DNA of 64,000 nucleotides from an uncultured bacterium (lineage in GTDB: Bacteria > Actinomycetota > Actinomycetes > S36-B12 > CAIYMF01). Where the stretch lies: NCBI GenBank assembly GCA_963978055.1, contig CAXBQZ010000006.1, forward strand, positions 4,204 to 68,203, given 5' to 3'. Every line of letters starts with the position of its first letter. The first letter of the stretch is position 1. Shown here piece by piece: positions 36,690 to 46,418 of the stretch. The notes under the pieces were generated by a model. That model saw only the letters and a program-made list of their open reading frames with translations. It did not search any database and was not told the DNA's origin. A program made the translations under genes and the position numbers.

Positions 36690-37106
36690 TCAGGATTCGA
36701 GTGAACGAATCCGCTCGCACAGTGCCTGAAGCATTGACACCGCGATAGTGGGATTGTCCTGAAGCATCGGCTTGAATACCCACGACGTCAGCGAGAAGGT
36801 GCGCATACCATCGGCACCCACGCGTACCGTGGCAGACCGAGGCTTGCCGTCGATCATTGAGATCTCACCAAAGTAGTCACCGGGGCCAAGGGTGCGACGG
36901 AACTCCCCGTTGACAAGTACATCGGCTGTACCGGCTGTGATCAGGTGGAACCCAACGCCGCTCTCCCCGTCAGTGGTCACATCAGTGCCCGCTGTGTGCG
37001 ATACCTCGCGCCCTGCTTCGGCGATGTTCCTACGTACCTTGGGGCTCAACTCGCGGAAGATCGAAACCGAGCCCAACTTGTCCGCGATTTCCTCAGACGA
37101 TGACAT
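36690..37106 (-). CDS. Stand-alone cyclic nucleotide-binding domain protein
   Basis: Phosphate-binding cassette GDYFGEISMIDGKPRSATV; AAAGGAG RBS before ATG 37106; no HTH. Confidence 0.85.
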   Translation of the reverse strand: MSSSEEIADKLGSVSIFRELSPKVRRNIAEAGREVSHTAGTDVTTDGESGVGFHLITAGTADVLVNGEFRRTLGPGDYFGEISMIDGKPRSATVRVGADGMRTFSLTSWVFKPMLQDNPTIAVSMLQALCERIRSLES

Positions 37107-37219
37107 GGCCACTCCTTTCAGCGCCTAGGCTAGACCCCCACTGACGTGTGGGCCAGCACAATCAGAGATTCCGCATCACCAGGACTCCCAGAGGATTCAG
37201 AGTCGACGCCAGAACGCAG

Positions 37220-37252
37220 TTGTGGGCCGCATCCCACGGATGCGACCCACAA
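37220..37252 (-). terminator. Hairpin downstream of DUF3117, probable terminator
   Basis: 15-bp stem with 3-nt loop; the only mismatch is a G-U pair on the minus-strand RNA. Confidence 0.6.
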
Positions 37253-37321
37253 GCTGACAGGTGATGTGATCTGGTCAGGACCTGACGTTGTCGTACAGAC
37301 GAACTGAAAACAGGCAGTCGT

Positions 37322-37489
37322 TCAGGCGAAGACGTTCGTGATCTGAACACCCAGTTCACGGGCCTCATCAGGGGTCAGCTCGACGACGAGTCGGCCACCT
37401 CCCTCGAGTGGAACGCGCATGACGATGCCGCGTCCCTCCTTGGTGACCTCGAGCGGGCCATCACCCGTCCGTGGCTTCATGGCGGCCAT
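37322..37489 (-). CDS. DUF3117 domain protein
   Basis: MAAMKPRTGDGPLEVTKEGRGIVMRVPLEGGGRLVVEL, the family signature. Confidence 0.92.
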   Translation of the reverse strand: MAAMKPRTGDGPLEVTKEGRGIVMRVPLEGGGRLVVELTPDEARELGVQITNVFA

Positions 37490-37611
37490 GGAATACCCCT
37501 TTTCATTCGAACGCCTAGCGTGCGGCGAAACCTTCTCCCCCATTATCCCCCCTGGAGCCCCATGCTCCGAATCGGAGGGTCAGATAGGGCCTGACAGTAG
37601 GCATTTCGGAT

Positions 37612-38217
37612 TCAGTCCAAGGTGGCACAACAGCCACGGAGGTGATCGTTCACCAGGCCCATGGCCTGCATCGCGGCATACATCGTGGTGGGCCCGACGA
37701 AGACAAATCCGTGCCGTTTGAGAGCCTTGGCCAGAGCCTGTGAGGCGGCGGTCTGGGCTGGGACCTGCGACAGCAGATGCGGGCGCGGATGGTCGTTCGG
37801 TGCAAAGGACCAGATCAGAGCATCCAGCGCTCCCGAACCGGAGTCATCGAGCAACCGCACCACTGCCTGCGCATTCGTGATCGTTGCGTCGATCTTGGCA
37901 CGATTACGGACAATTCCGACATCACCCATGAGTCGTTCCCGGTCCTGGGCGTTGAAGCCGGCCACAGCCACCGGATCAAAGTCAGCGAATGCAGCCCGAA
38001 AGGCCTGCCTCTTGCGCAGAATCGTCAGCCACGACAAGCCGGACTGAAACCCCTCAAGGGTGAGCCGTTCGAAGATCTCCCGGTCGCCGTGGACCGGCCG
38101 TCCCCACTCGTCATCGTGGTAGCGGACGTAGTCGTCCGTTGACAAGGCCCACGGGCAACGACCCCGTCCATCGGAGCCGGCTAGCAGATCGGGTGAGAAC
38201 TCACTCGTGCGTGACAT
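37612..38217 (-). CDS. tag: DNA-3-methyladenine glycosylase I
   Basis: RCPWA, YHDDEWG, LEGFQSGLSWLTILRKR, IVRNRAKI, FVGPTT, DHLRGC. Start moved to ATG 38217. Confidence 0.92.
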   Translation of the reverse strand: MSRTSEFSPDLLAGSDGRGRCPWALSTDDYVRYHDDEWGRPVHGDREIFERLTLEGFQSGLSWLTILRKRQAFRAAFADFDPVAVAGFNAQDRERLMGDVGIVRNRAKIDATITNAQAVVRLLDDSGSGALDALIWSFAPNDHPRPHLLSQVPAQTAASQALAKALKRHGFVFVGPTTMYAAMQAMGLVNDHLRGCCATLD

Positions 38218-38530
38218 TCGGCTCCGCTTGGTGAGCCCCGCGCTCAACAACCCCAAGCTGGGCCTCGAGCTCGGAGATGCGTGCATCCCGCTCGGATACC
38301 TCTGCTGAAAGTCGATCGAGCACTTCATCGACCTCGTCCATGCGGTAGCCGCGAGCACCCACGCTGAACCGTACGGAGTCCACATCGGCATTGGTGAGAC
38401 TGCGATCGTCCGGCAGGGCCAAGGGAGCGCGATCGGGCTCGACATCGGGCAGCTCGCCCAACTTGCCGACAGCAAGCAGAGCAATCACCGTGATCACCAC
38501 GATGGCCGCCAACATGAAGATGAACGTCAT
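38201..38530 (-). CDS. DivIVA domain-containing membrane protein
   Basis: N-terminal TM, VRFSVGARGYRMDEVDEVLDRL, coiled coil; GGAGG RBS before ATG 38530. Confidence 0.88.
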   Translation of the reverse strand: MTFIFMLAAIVVITVIALLAVGKLGELPDVEPDRAPLALPDDRSLTNADVDSVRFSVGARGYRMDEVDEVLDRLSAEVSERDARISELEAQLGVVERGAHQAEPNVTHE

Positions 38531-38615
38531 CGCACTCTGACCTCCGAACGTTCCTATGCACCAACAGTCTGAGCATGCCACGCTGGACCCTCACAATGTC
38601 AGGAGGGTGGTGTTC

Positions 38616-39494
38616 ATGTCTCGGCCACAGGAAGTGCTCGTCCTGGGTCAGCAGCGCTTCGAACCAGCAGATCTGGTCATCATGGCCATCGTCAATCGCA
38701 CCCCCGATTCCTTCTACGACAAGGGTGCGACGTTCAGCGACCCGGCTGCGTTGGATGCCGTTGCCCGAGCTGTGGACAACGGCGCCGGCATCATCGATAT
38801 CGGTGGAGTGAAGGCCGGCCCCGGTGCCGCAGTGGACGCGGCTGAGGAGATCAGGCGAACTGCATCACTGGTGGCCGAGATTCGATCCCGCTACGACGTC
38901 GTGATTAGCGTTGACACCTGGCGGGCCGAGGTGGGCCGAGTCGTATGCGCTGAGGGTGCCGACCTCATGAATGACGCCTGGGGTGGCTATGACCCTGAAC
39001 TTGCCGAGGTGGCAGCCGAGTTCAAGGTTGGCCTCGTGTGCACGCACACCGGTGGCGCCACTCCACGTACACGCCCACACCGAGTGCAGTACCCGGACGT
39101 GATGCAGGACATCCTGACGCGAACACTCAACGAGGCTGCACGTGCCGTTGAACTCGGTGTGCCACGGGAATCGATCATCATTGATCCAGGACATGATTTC
39201 GGTAAGAACACCCGTCACTCACTCGAGGCCACCCGCCGTCTCGGCGAGATGGTGGACACCGGGTGGCCGGTGTTGGTGTCTTTGTCACGCAAGGACTTTG
39301 TCGGCGAGGCACTCGACATTCCCGGACCGGACGACAGACTGACAGGCACTCTGGCCACCACGGCCGTCTCAGCCTGGCTGGGCGCACGCATCTACCGGGT
39401 TCATGATGTGGCAAGCACCCGGCAGACACTGGACATGGTGGCTGCGATCCGAGGCACCCATGAACCGAAGGTCGCCCGCCGAGGGCTGGCCTGA
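38616..39494 (+). CDS. folP2: Dihydropteroate synthase paralogue, FolP2 type
   Basis: MAIVNRTPDSFYDKGATF, GGVKAGPG (not GGESTRPG), SVDTWR, DFGKNT, VRRGLA-type end; AGGAGG RBS. Confidence 0.8.
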   Translation: MSRPQEVLVLGQQRFEPADLVIMAIVNRTPDSFYDKGATFSDPAALDAVARAVDNGAGIIDIGGVKAGPGAAVDAAEEIRRTASLVAEIRSRYDVVISVDTWRAEVGRVVCAEGADLMNDAWGGYDPELAEVAAEFKVGLVCTHTGGATPRTRPHRVQYPDVMQDILTRTLNEAARAVELGVPRESIIIDPGHDFGKNTRHSLEATRRLGEMVDTGWPVLVSLSRKDFVGEALDIPGPDDRLTGTLATTAVSAWLGARIYRVHDVASTRQTLDMVAAIRGTHEPKVARRGLA

Positions 39495-39500
39495 CTGTCC

Positions 39501-40106
39501 CTACAGCTCGGCCTCGAGAAACTCCGCTGCCGTCGGCTGCTGGGCAGTGCTCTGCTCCTCATGTGCCCACGCCTGCTCTATTGCGAGCATGGCCTCGTCC
39601 GCCGATCTGGTCCAGATCGCGATGGCCTGAACATCCGGGCGGAGGAACCCTCCGCCTGAGAGCGTCGAGAAGAGTTCGCGCAATCCCTGGTAGTCACCCC
39701 AGGGATCGAGGATGACGATGGGCTTGCTGTGCATCTGCAGGGAACGTGCTGCCCAGACCTCCAGGAGTTCCTCCAGGGTGCCGATACCTCCCGGCAGGGC
39801 CAGAAAGGCGTCCGCCCGTCGATCCATCTCACCCTTTCGCTCACGCATGTCAGCAGTCACGATCAACTCATCCGAGCCGTGATCAGCGACCTCCATATCG
39901 ACGAGCGCCTGCGGAATGACTCCGATCGTGTGTGCCCCACCGGCACGAGCAGCCCGCGCAACGGCACCCATGGAACTGATCGCACCACCCCCACTGACGA
40001 GTGACCAGCCGCGATGTGCCAGAGCAAACCCGACCTCGGCGGCCAGCACGCTGTAGCGCTCGTCGATCGCCTCACTGGAGGCACAGAACACAGCAACAGC
40101 CGGCAT
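39501..40106 (-). CDS. LOG-family (TIGR00730) phosphoribohydrolase, short type
   Basis: VFCASS, GGGAISSMG, GVIP, MRERKGEM, PGGIGTLEE. Confidence 0.88.
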   Translation of the reverse strand: MPAVAVFCASSEAIDERYSVLAAEVGFALAHRGWSLVSGGGAISSMGAVARAARAGGAHTIGVIPQALVDMEVADHGSDELIVTADMRERKGEMDRRADAFLALPGGIGTLEELLEVWAARSLQMHSKPIVILDPWGDYQGLRELFSTLSGGGFLRPDVQAIAIWTRSADEAMLAIEQAWAHEEQSTAQQPTAAEFLEAEL

Positions 40107-40906
40107 CAGGATTTCCTTGGTGGATACCAGTCATGCCAATCCTGACCCTCATCACGGGCACGATGGGCTTCACCGATGATCGAGATGATCTCGTCAACCT
40201 CATCGGTCAGGTGAATCAGATCCAGATCATCCGGGGAGATCTTGCCTGACTCCGCAACGCGTGCCTTGAGCCAATCCATCAGTCCCGACCAGTAGTCGAC
40301 ACCCACAAGAATCACGGGGAACCAGGTGATCTTGCCGGTCTGAACCAGCGTCAGCGACTCAAATAACTCATCGAGGGTGCCGAACCCACCGGGGAAGACA
40401 ACGAAGGCCTGCGCGTACTTCACGAACATGGTTTTGCGAGCGAAGAAATAGCGGAAGTCGATCGCGATATCGAGATACTCGTTCAGCCCCTGCTCATGTG
40501 GCAGCTCGATTCCCAGGCCTACCGAGACCCCTCCCGACTCGAAGGCACCGCGATTGGCCGCCTCCATGATGCCCGGGCCGCCACCGGTGATCGTCGCATA
40601 GCCACCTTTGGCCAGCGCGGCCCCGAGTTCACGGGCACGTGCGTACTCGGGATCACTCTGCGGCGTTCGCGCAGAACCGAAGACACACACGGCCCGTCCG
40701 AGATCGGCCAGTGCGCCGAAGCCCTCAACGAACTCGGCCTGGATTCGAAGAACCCGCCACGGGTCCGTATGCACCCAGTCACTTGGTCCGCGCTCGTCCA
40801 AAAGGCGCTGATCAGTTGTGGTGTGTTCGATCTGCTCGCGGCGCAGGGTCACCGGACCCTTGACGCGCTTTGTCACCGGACCGCCGGTCTCAGGGGATGT
40901 TGTCAC
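40106..40906 (-). CDS. LOG-family (TIGR00730) protein, long type
   Basis: DPWRVLRIQAEFVEGF, VFGSAR, GGGPGIMEAANRG, RYFFARKTMF, PGGFGTLDE. Confidence 0.9.
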   Translation of the reverse strand: MTTSPETGGPVTKRVKGPVTLRREQIEHTTTDQRLLDERGPSDWVHTDPWRVLRIQAEFVEGFGALADLGRAVCVFGSARTPQSDPEYARARELGAALAKGGYATITGGGPGIMEAANRGAFESGGVSVGLGIELPHEQGLNEYLDIAIDFRYFFARKTMFVKYAQAFVVFPGGFGTLDELFESLTLVQTGKITWFPVILVGVDYWSGLMDWLKARVAESGKISPDDLDLIHLTDEVDEIISIIGEAHRARDEGQDWHDWYPPRKS

Positions 40907-40987
40907 AGTCCGACGCTAGCCGGTCAACCCAAGGCAGTGCGTGGCAGTCCAGAAAAACCCCAAAAGTTCATGTGTGGACGCATACCC

Positions 40988-41161
40988 TCAGTCAACCGCT
41001 GAGGTGGACGGCACATCAGCGTCGTAGGCAGAGCGCATTCGTGCGTCCAATCGAGGATCACTCGGAGCACAGCAGCCCACGGCCCCACCGTTGGCGGAGC
41101 GGGTAGCCCGGATCCCGATCGCAACGGCGATCAGCATCACGGCAACGGTGACAGCCAACAT
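40988..41161 (-). CDS. 57-aa single-TM microprotein with Cys-Cys motif (absent from ORF track)
   Basis: MLAVTVAVMLIAVAIGIRATRSANGGAVGCCAPSDPRLDARMRSAYDADVPSTSAVD; ATG 2 nt after the dapE stop. Confidence 0.65.
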   Translation of the reverse strand: MLAVTVAVMLIAVAIGIRATRSANGGAVGCCAPSDPRLDARMRSAYDADVPSTSAVD

Positions 41162-41163
41162 CT

Positions 41164-42258
41164 TTATACGGTACCCACGTGCTCGGTGGTTAGCCAGTGG
41201 TGCAGGGCATCGCGAACGGTGTACAGATCGCGCACCGGTGCGTACTCGTCTCGATGATGAGCCAGTGACGGGTTTCCCGGGCCGAAGTTGACGGCCGGTA
41301 CTCCCAGTGACGTGAACCGGGCAACATCGGTCCAGCCAAACTTCGGATGTGGCTCACCCCCCACCGCTGCCACAAATGCAGCCGCAGCAGGGTGGCCAAG
41401 GCCCGGCATGGCTCCGTCGATCGCATCCACAACGACGAGGTCAAACCCCTCGAACACTTCGCGCAGGTGCTGCTCACCCTCAACGGCAGAGCGGTTCGGA
41501 GCAAAGCGATAGTTGACCGAAACCACACACTCGTCAGGAATCACATTGCCTGCAACACCACCCCGAATACCTACCGCGTTCAGGCCCTCGCGATACATGA
41601 GCCCATCGATCTCAACCTGTCGCGGTTCGTACGCAGCAAGGCGACGGAGGATTTCATCTGCCTTGTGAATGGCATTGTCACCCATCCAGGAGCGGGCCGA
41701 GTGGGACCGCACGCCCGTGGTGCTCACCTCAACCCTCATCGTTCCCTGACACCCTGCCTCGACAACCGCATTGGACGGTTCCATGAGAACTGCAAAGTCC
41801 CCGGCGATCAGCTCTGGTCGCTCATCAGCCAGCCGTCGAAGCCCGTTGAACTCCGAGTCAATCTCCTCGGCCTCGTAGTAGATCCACGTGACATCACGAA
41901 CCGGTTCAGCGATGAGGTGGGCCAGATGCAGCGAGACCGCCACCCCACCCTTCATATCGCAGGCACCGAGCCCGTAGATCCGATCCTCACCGTCAACAGT
42001 GGTGCGACGCGATGGCATGTTTTGATTGGCGGGCACGGTGTCCAGGTGACCACCGATGACGACCCGATGGGCCCGGCCAAGATTCGTACGCGCAACGATC
42101 GTGTGGCCATCTCGGACAACGTCCAGGTGGGACACGCTGCCGAGGGCTGCTTCGACTGCATCAGCGATCGCGCCCTCAGACCGCGACTCCGAGGGAATAT
42201 CGATCAGCGTGCATAGCAGGTCAGAGACATCGACGGAGAGATCCAGTTTTTCAGGCAC
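41164..42258 (-). CDS. dapE: Succinyl-diaminopimelate desuccinylase
   Basis: GHLDTVP, GACDMKGG, YEAEE, HSARSW, GWTDVARF, GPG...AH. Confidence 0.92.
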   Translation of the reverse strand: MPEKLDLSVDVSDLLCTLIDIPSESRSEGAIADAVEAALGSVSHLDVVRDGHTIVARTNLGRAHRVVIGGHLDTVPANQNMPSRRTTVDGEDRIYGLGACDMKGGVAVSLHLAHLIAEPVRDVTWIYYEAEEIDSEFNGLRRLADERPELIAGDFAVLMEPSNAVVEAGCQGTMRVEVSTTGVRSHSARSWMGDNAIHKADEILRRLAAYEPRQVEIDGLMYREGLNAVGIRGGVAGNVIPDECVVSVNYRFAPNRSAVEGEQHLREVFEGFDLVVVDAIDGAMPGLGHPAAAAFVAAVGGEPHPKFGWTDVARFTSLGVPAVNFGPGNPSLAHHRDEYAPVRDLYTVRDALHHWLTTEHVGTV

Positions 42259-42344
42259 GGGTCCACGTTATCCGTTCCGCGCATGCGACGGTCCGCAACC
42301 GACCACATGGGGCCGATCTGACCGCGGCTCGATAGGTTATCCCC

Positions 42345-43283
42345 ATGAGTATGACTGCTGGCGCGGCAAGCGGAATCGGCCTTGCGACATACGCCGACAC
42401 GGGAAATCTGCTTGACGTGTGGTTCCCTTCGCCGGCTCTCGGCCACGAACCCCCAGAGGTGACCGGCCTCAGCGAGACGACGGCCGCACGCACCGATGAG
42501 CTACGTGCGGTGAGCACGCGTGTCATCAAGACCACCATCGCGGACCTGTCCGCGGCACCGGTGGATGCCGCAGATGCCTGGCTTCGACTTCACCTGCTCT
42601 CCCATCGTCTGGTCACGCCGCGCAGCATCTCCATGGACGGGGTCTTCGGTCTGCTGACGAACGTCGCGTGGACATCCCTGGGCCCCATTCCGATCGACAG
42701 GCTCACTGATGTGCAGGTGGTTGCTCGCGTCCGCGGTCACCACGTGAGCGTCCATGGCATCGACAAGTTCCCACGCATGCTCGACTACGTTGCACCGACG
42801 GGCATTCGAGTCGCAGATGCCGACCGCGTACGACTTGGAGCACATCTGGCCAGTGGCACCACGGTCATGCACGAGGGGTTCGTCAACTTCAATGCCGGAA
42901 CACTTGGTGCATCCATGGTTGAGGGACGTATCTCCGCAGGCGTCATCGTCGGCAATGGCTCGGATATCGGCGGTGGCGCGTCAATCATGGGAACTCTGTC
43001 CGGTGGTGGGACGCAGGTGGTCACCATCGGTGAGCGATGCCTGATCGGTGCGAACGCCGGGGTCGGCATCTCCCTCGGTGATGACTGCGTCATCGAGGCC
43101 GGCTGCTACATCACCGCTGGATCCAAGGTGGCCCTGCCCGATGGAACGGTCGCCAAGGGACGCGAGCTGTCGGGGGCCACGGGACTTCAGTTCTGGCGCA
43201 ACTCGATGACCGGCGCCCTGGAGGCCCGCCAGCGCACAGGAACCTGGGGCGGCCTCAACACCCACCTACACCACAACGACTGA
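42345..43283 (+). CDS. dapD: Tetrahydrodipicolinate N-succinyltransferase (actinobacterial type)
   Basis: [52 protein letters not shown] hexapeptide repeats. Confidence 0.93.
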   Translation: MSMTAGAASGIGLATYADTGNLLDVWFPSPALGHEPPEVTGLSETTAARTDELRAVSTRVIKTTIADLSAAPVDAADAWLRLHLLSHRLVTPRSISMDGVFGLLTNVAWTSLGPIPIDRLTDVQVVARVRGHHVSVHGIDKFPRMLDYVAPTGIRVADADRVRLGAHLASGTTVMHEGFVNFNAGTLGASMVEGRISAGVIVGNGSDIGGGASIMGTLSGGGTQVVTIGERCLIGANAGVGISLGDDCVIEAGCYITAGSKVALPDGTVAKGRELSGATGLQFWRNSMTGALEARQRTGTWGGLNTHLHHND

Positions 43284-43319
43284 GCCCACGCCAGCCAAAC
43301 TGGCTAGTCCATTCGGCGG

Positions 43320-44603
43320 TCAGCGATCGCCGAGGGAAACGTAGTCTCGCTTGGTCGCGCCGGTGTACACCTGCCGCGGCCGGCCAATCTTGGTGTCGGG
43401 ATCGGAGATCATCTCGTGCCACTGTGCAATCCAGCCCGGCAGACGTCCCAGCGCAAACAGGACCGTGAACATCCTGGTGGGGAAGCCCATGGCCTTGTAG
43501 ATGAGTCCGGTGTAGAAGTCGACATTCGGGTACAGGCGCCGCTCGATGAAGTACTCATCGGATAGGGCGGCCTGCTCAAGTCGAAGTGCAATGTCCAGGA
43601 GCGGATCACTCACCCCCAGTGACTCGAAGACCTCATGGGCAGCCTTCTTCACGATGGCAGCCCTGGGGTCGTAGTTCTTGTACACCCGATGACCGAAGCC
43701 CATGAGCTTGACGCCATCCTCGCGATTCTTCACCTGTCGGATGAAGGTGTTGACTCCCCCGCCGGACCGATGGATTCCCTCAAGCATCTCCAGTACCGCC
43801 TGATTTGCGCCGCCATGTAGCGGACCGAACAGAGCGTTGATACCGGCCGAGACCGAGGCAAAGAGGTTGGCATGTGAAGATCCAACTAGGCGCACTGTTG
43901 ACGTCGAGCAATTCTGCTCGTGATCGGCATGCAGGATGAGCAGCAGATCCAGGGCCCGCACAAGAACCGGGTTGCTGACGTACTCCTCGGCCGGAACGCC
44001 GAAGGTCATGCGCAGGAAGTTCTCGTTGTTGGTCAGCGAGTTGTCCGGGTAGAGGAATGGCTGACCAATGGACTTCTTGTAGGCGTACGCAGCGATCGTC
44101 GGCATCTTGGCGAGAAGGCGGATTGTGGAGATGTGGACCTGCTCGGTATCGAATGGGTCGAGTGAGTCCTGGTAGAAGGTGGACAGGGCGCTGACCGCAG
44201 ACGAGAGCACGGGCATCGGGTGAGCATCACGAGGGAATCCGTCGAAGAACCGGCGAAGGTCCTCGTGCAGCATTGTGTGCATCTTGATCTGGTGCTCGAA
44301 GACTGCCAACTGCTCCGTCGTCGGCAGCTCACCGTAGATGAGCAGGTAGGAGGTCTCCAGGAACGTGGATTTCTCGGCCAACTGCTCGATTGGATAGCCC
44401 CGGTAGCGCAGAATTCCCGCATCGCCGTCGATGAAGGTGATGGCAGAGGTGCAGGACGCCGTGTTGGTGAATCCGCTGTCGAGGGTGACGGCACCAGTCT
44501 CTTTGAGCAGTGGTGCAATGTTGATTCCGTCATTCCCGTCGGTGGCGGTAACCAGAGAGAACGGCACCTGCTGACCGTTGAATGACAGGGCGATGTCTGA
44601 CAT
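43320..44603 (-). CDS. gltA: Citrate synthase
   Basis: GILRYRGYPIEQLA, HADHEQNCST, GPLHGGANQ, LMGFGHRVYKNYDPR, YPNVDFY. Confidence 0.96.
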   Translation of the reverse strand: MSDIALSFNGQQVPFSLVTATDGNDGINIAPLLKETGAVTLDSGFTNTASCTSAITFIDGDAGILRYRGYPIEQLAEKSTFLETSYLLIYGELPTTEQLAVFEHQIKMHTMLHEDLRRFFDGFPRDAHPMPVLSSAVSALSTFYQDSLDPFDTEQVHISTIRLLAKMPTIAAYAYKKSIGQPFLYPDNSLTNNENFLRMTFGVPAEEYVSNPVLVRALDLLLILHADHEQNCSTSTVRLVGSSHANLFASVSAGINALFGPLHGGANQAVLEMLEGIHRSGGGVNTFIRQVKNREDGVKLMGFGHRVYKNYDPRAAIVKKAAHEVFESLGVSDPLLDIALRLEQAALSDEYFIERRLYPNVDFYTGLIYKAMGFPTRMFTVLFALGRLPGWIAQWHEMISDPDTKIGRPRQVYTGATKRDYVSLGDR

Positions 44604-44739
44604 CGCTTACCTCCGTGGACGCGCTGATGAACCATAAGCACGGTACCTGCCGGATGGGGCAGGAGTCTGCCGGACGAGAGCCGAATGGACGTGATGTGGG
44701 CCTCATCAACGTCCGGCTACCGGGTCACGTCCGGTCGAG

Positions 44740-45834
44740 TCACTGGTTCAATCGCGTCACAGCAGCGTCGATTCGCTCATCTGTTGCCGTGAGCGCTACG
44801 CGAACATGCTGACCACCAGCCGCTCCGTAGAACTCTCCTGGCGCCACCAGAATGCCTCGTTCGGCAAGCCATCGCACCGAATCCCAGCAGGACTCATCTC
44901 TGGTTGACCACAGGTACAGACCCGCATCCGACAGCTCAATACGGAACCCTGCATGGGTGAGCGCGGGCATCAACGCCTCACGGCGACGTCGATATCGCTC
45001 CTTCTGCTCGACGACGTGTTCGTCATCGCCCAATGCGGTGATGGCAGCCGATTGCACTGGTGCCGGCATGATCAGGCCGAGATGTTTTCGCGCCTCGAGG
45101 ACCGGGGCTACGAGTGCCGGGTCCCCCATCAGCATGCCCACTCGATACCCGGCCAGGTTGCTTCGCTTGCTCAGTGAATGCACTGCCAGCACTCGCTCGT
45201 GCGAGGTGCCGCAGACCTGTGGGTCGAGGATGCTCGTCGGAGTCTTCGTCCAGCCAAGGGACAGGTAGCACTCATCGCTCACAACAATCGAGTTGTTGGC
45301 GCGTGCCCATTCGACAATGGCCCGCATGTGTTCCACATCCAGCACACGCCCCGTTGGGTTGGACGGAGAGTTCAACCAGATCAGGGCAGGGCGATCGTCC
45401 TTCCATGCAGTGATGTGATCGGCGCGAACGATTCTGCTTCGACTGACCCGTGCGCCCACGTCGTAGGTGGGGTAGGCAACCTCAGGGATTGCGATCACAT
45501 CGGCCTCACCCAGCCCGAGCAGAGTTGGCAGCAGAGCTACGAGCTCCTTGGATCCGATGGTGGGCATGACTCCGGTGAGCGGGAGTTCAGTGCCCAGAAC
45601 CCTGGCGGCCCACATCACCATGGCTTCACGCAATGCGGTCGTACCGGACGTGAGCGGGTAGCCGGGGGTGTTTGTCGCCTGCGCAAGCGCATGCTGAACG
45701 ACATCGGGCACGGGATCAACGGGCGTGCCAACCGAGAGATCGACTATCCCCTCGGGATGCTGGCGCGCCAGATCCCCAAACGGGGCGAGCCGATCCCATG
45801 GAAAATCCGGAAGCCGGTCAGCCAGAAAGCTCAC
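44740..45834 (-). CDS. dapC: Succinyldiaminopimelate transaminase
   Basis: LPDFPWD, DLSVGTPVDP, NSPSNPTG, SDECY, SLSKRSNLAGYR; start GTG 45834 after GAAGGGAG. Confidence 0.92.
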   Translation of the reverse strand: MSFLADRLPDFPWDRLAPFGDLARQHPEGIVDLSVGTPVDPVPDVVQHALAQATNTPGYPLTSGTTALREAMVMWAARVLGTELPLTGVMPTIGSKELVALLPTLLGLGEADVIAIPEVAYPTYDVGARVSRSRIVRADHITAWKDDRPALIWLNSPSNPTGRVLDVEHMRAIVEWARANNSIVVSDECYLSLGWTKTPTSILDPQVCGTSHERVLAVHSLSKRSNLAGYRVGMLMGDPALVAPVLEARKHLGLIMPAPVQSAAITALGDDEHVVEQKERYRRRREALMPALTHAGFRIELSDAGLYLWSTRDESCWDSVRWLAERGILVAPGEFYGAAGGQHVRVALTATDERIDAAVTRLNQ

Positions 45835-45935
45835 TGCGACTCCCTTCAGCGGTGATAGGGGACGGATGACCACCCGACCCACCAATGAAATGACGCGCCG
45901 CCGCCCTGCGGCGACGACGCGTCATCAACGATCTT

Positions 45936-46265
45936 TCAGTGACCTTCGTGCGACTGCTTGGCCAGCGCACTGACAATGGCAGCATCGCGCGCAATCAGAC
46001 CCAGCTTCGACGCACCACCGGGCGATCCGAGCTCATCGAAGAACTCGGCATTGGCCGCTGTGTAGTCCTTGAACTGCTCGGGAACATCGTCTTCATAAAA
46101 AATCGCCTCGACAGGGCACACGGGCTCACATGCTCCGCAGTCAACACACTCATCGGGGTGGATGTAGAGCATCCGCTCGCCCTCGTAGATGCAGTCGACG
46201 GGGCATTCCTCGACACAGGCCTTGTCCTTGAGATCAACGCACGGTTGAGAGATGACGTAAGTCAC
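45936..46265 (-). CDS. fdxA: 7Fe ferredoxin
   Basis: VTYVISQPCVDLKDKACVEECPVDCIYEG...CVDCGACEPVCPV. Confidence 0.95.
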   Translation of the reverse strand: MTYVISQPCVDLKDKACVEECPVDCIYEGERMLYIHPDECVDCGACEPVCPVEAIFYEDDVPEQFKDYTAANAEFFDELGSPGGASKLGLIARDAAIVSALAKQSHEGH

Positions 46266-46418
46266 GTACGGATCCTTCCCGATCCTATTCTGATATCCGC
46301 TGGCCGGGCGCCAGTGGACCCGAACTCCTTGGTACAAACGTTAATGCCTTGGCGGTTCAACCTCAGCAACCTTAGTATCGCGTCCACACCGATTTTGTGC
46401 GAATGAGGGGTCCGCTCC

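Noticed and set aside
37162-37368. 68-aa ORF and possible leader peptide after DUF3117
   Set aside because: It overlaps DUF3117 in another frame, spans the terminator hairpin, has no RBS and has no recognisable motif.
40924-41124. 66-aa minus-strand ORF from the track
   Set aside because: A different frame (40988-41161) has the coupled start, TM helix and better composition.
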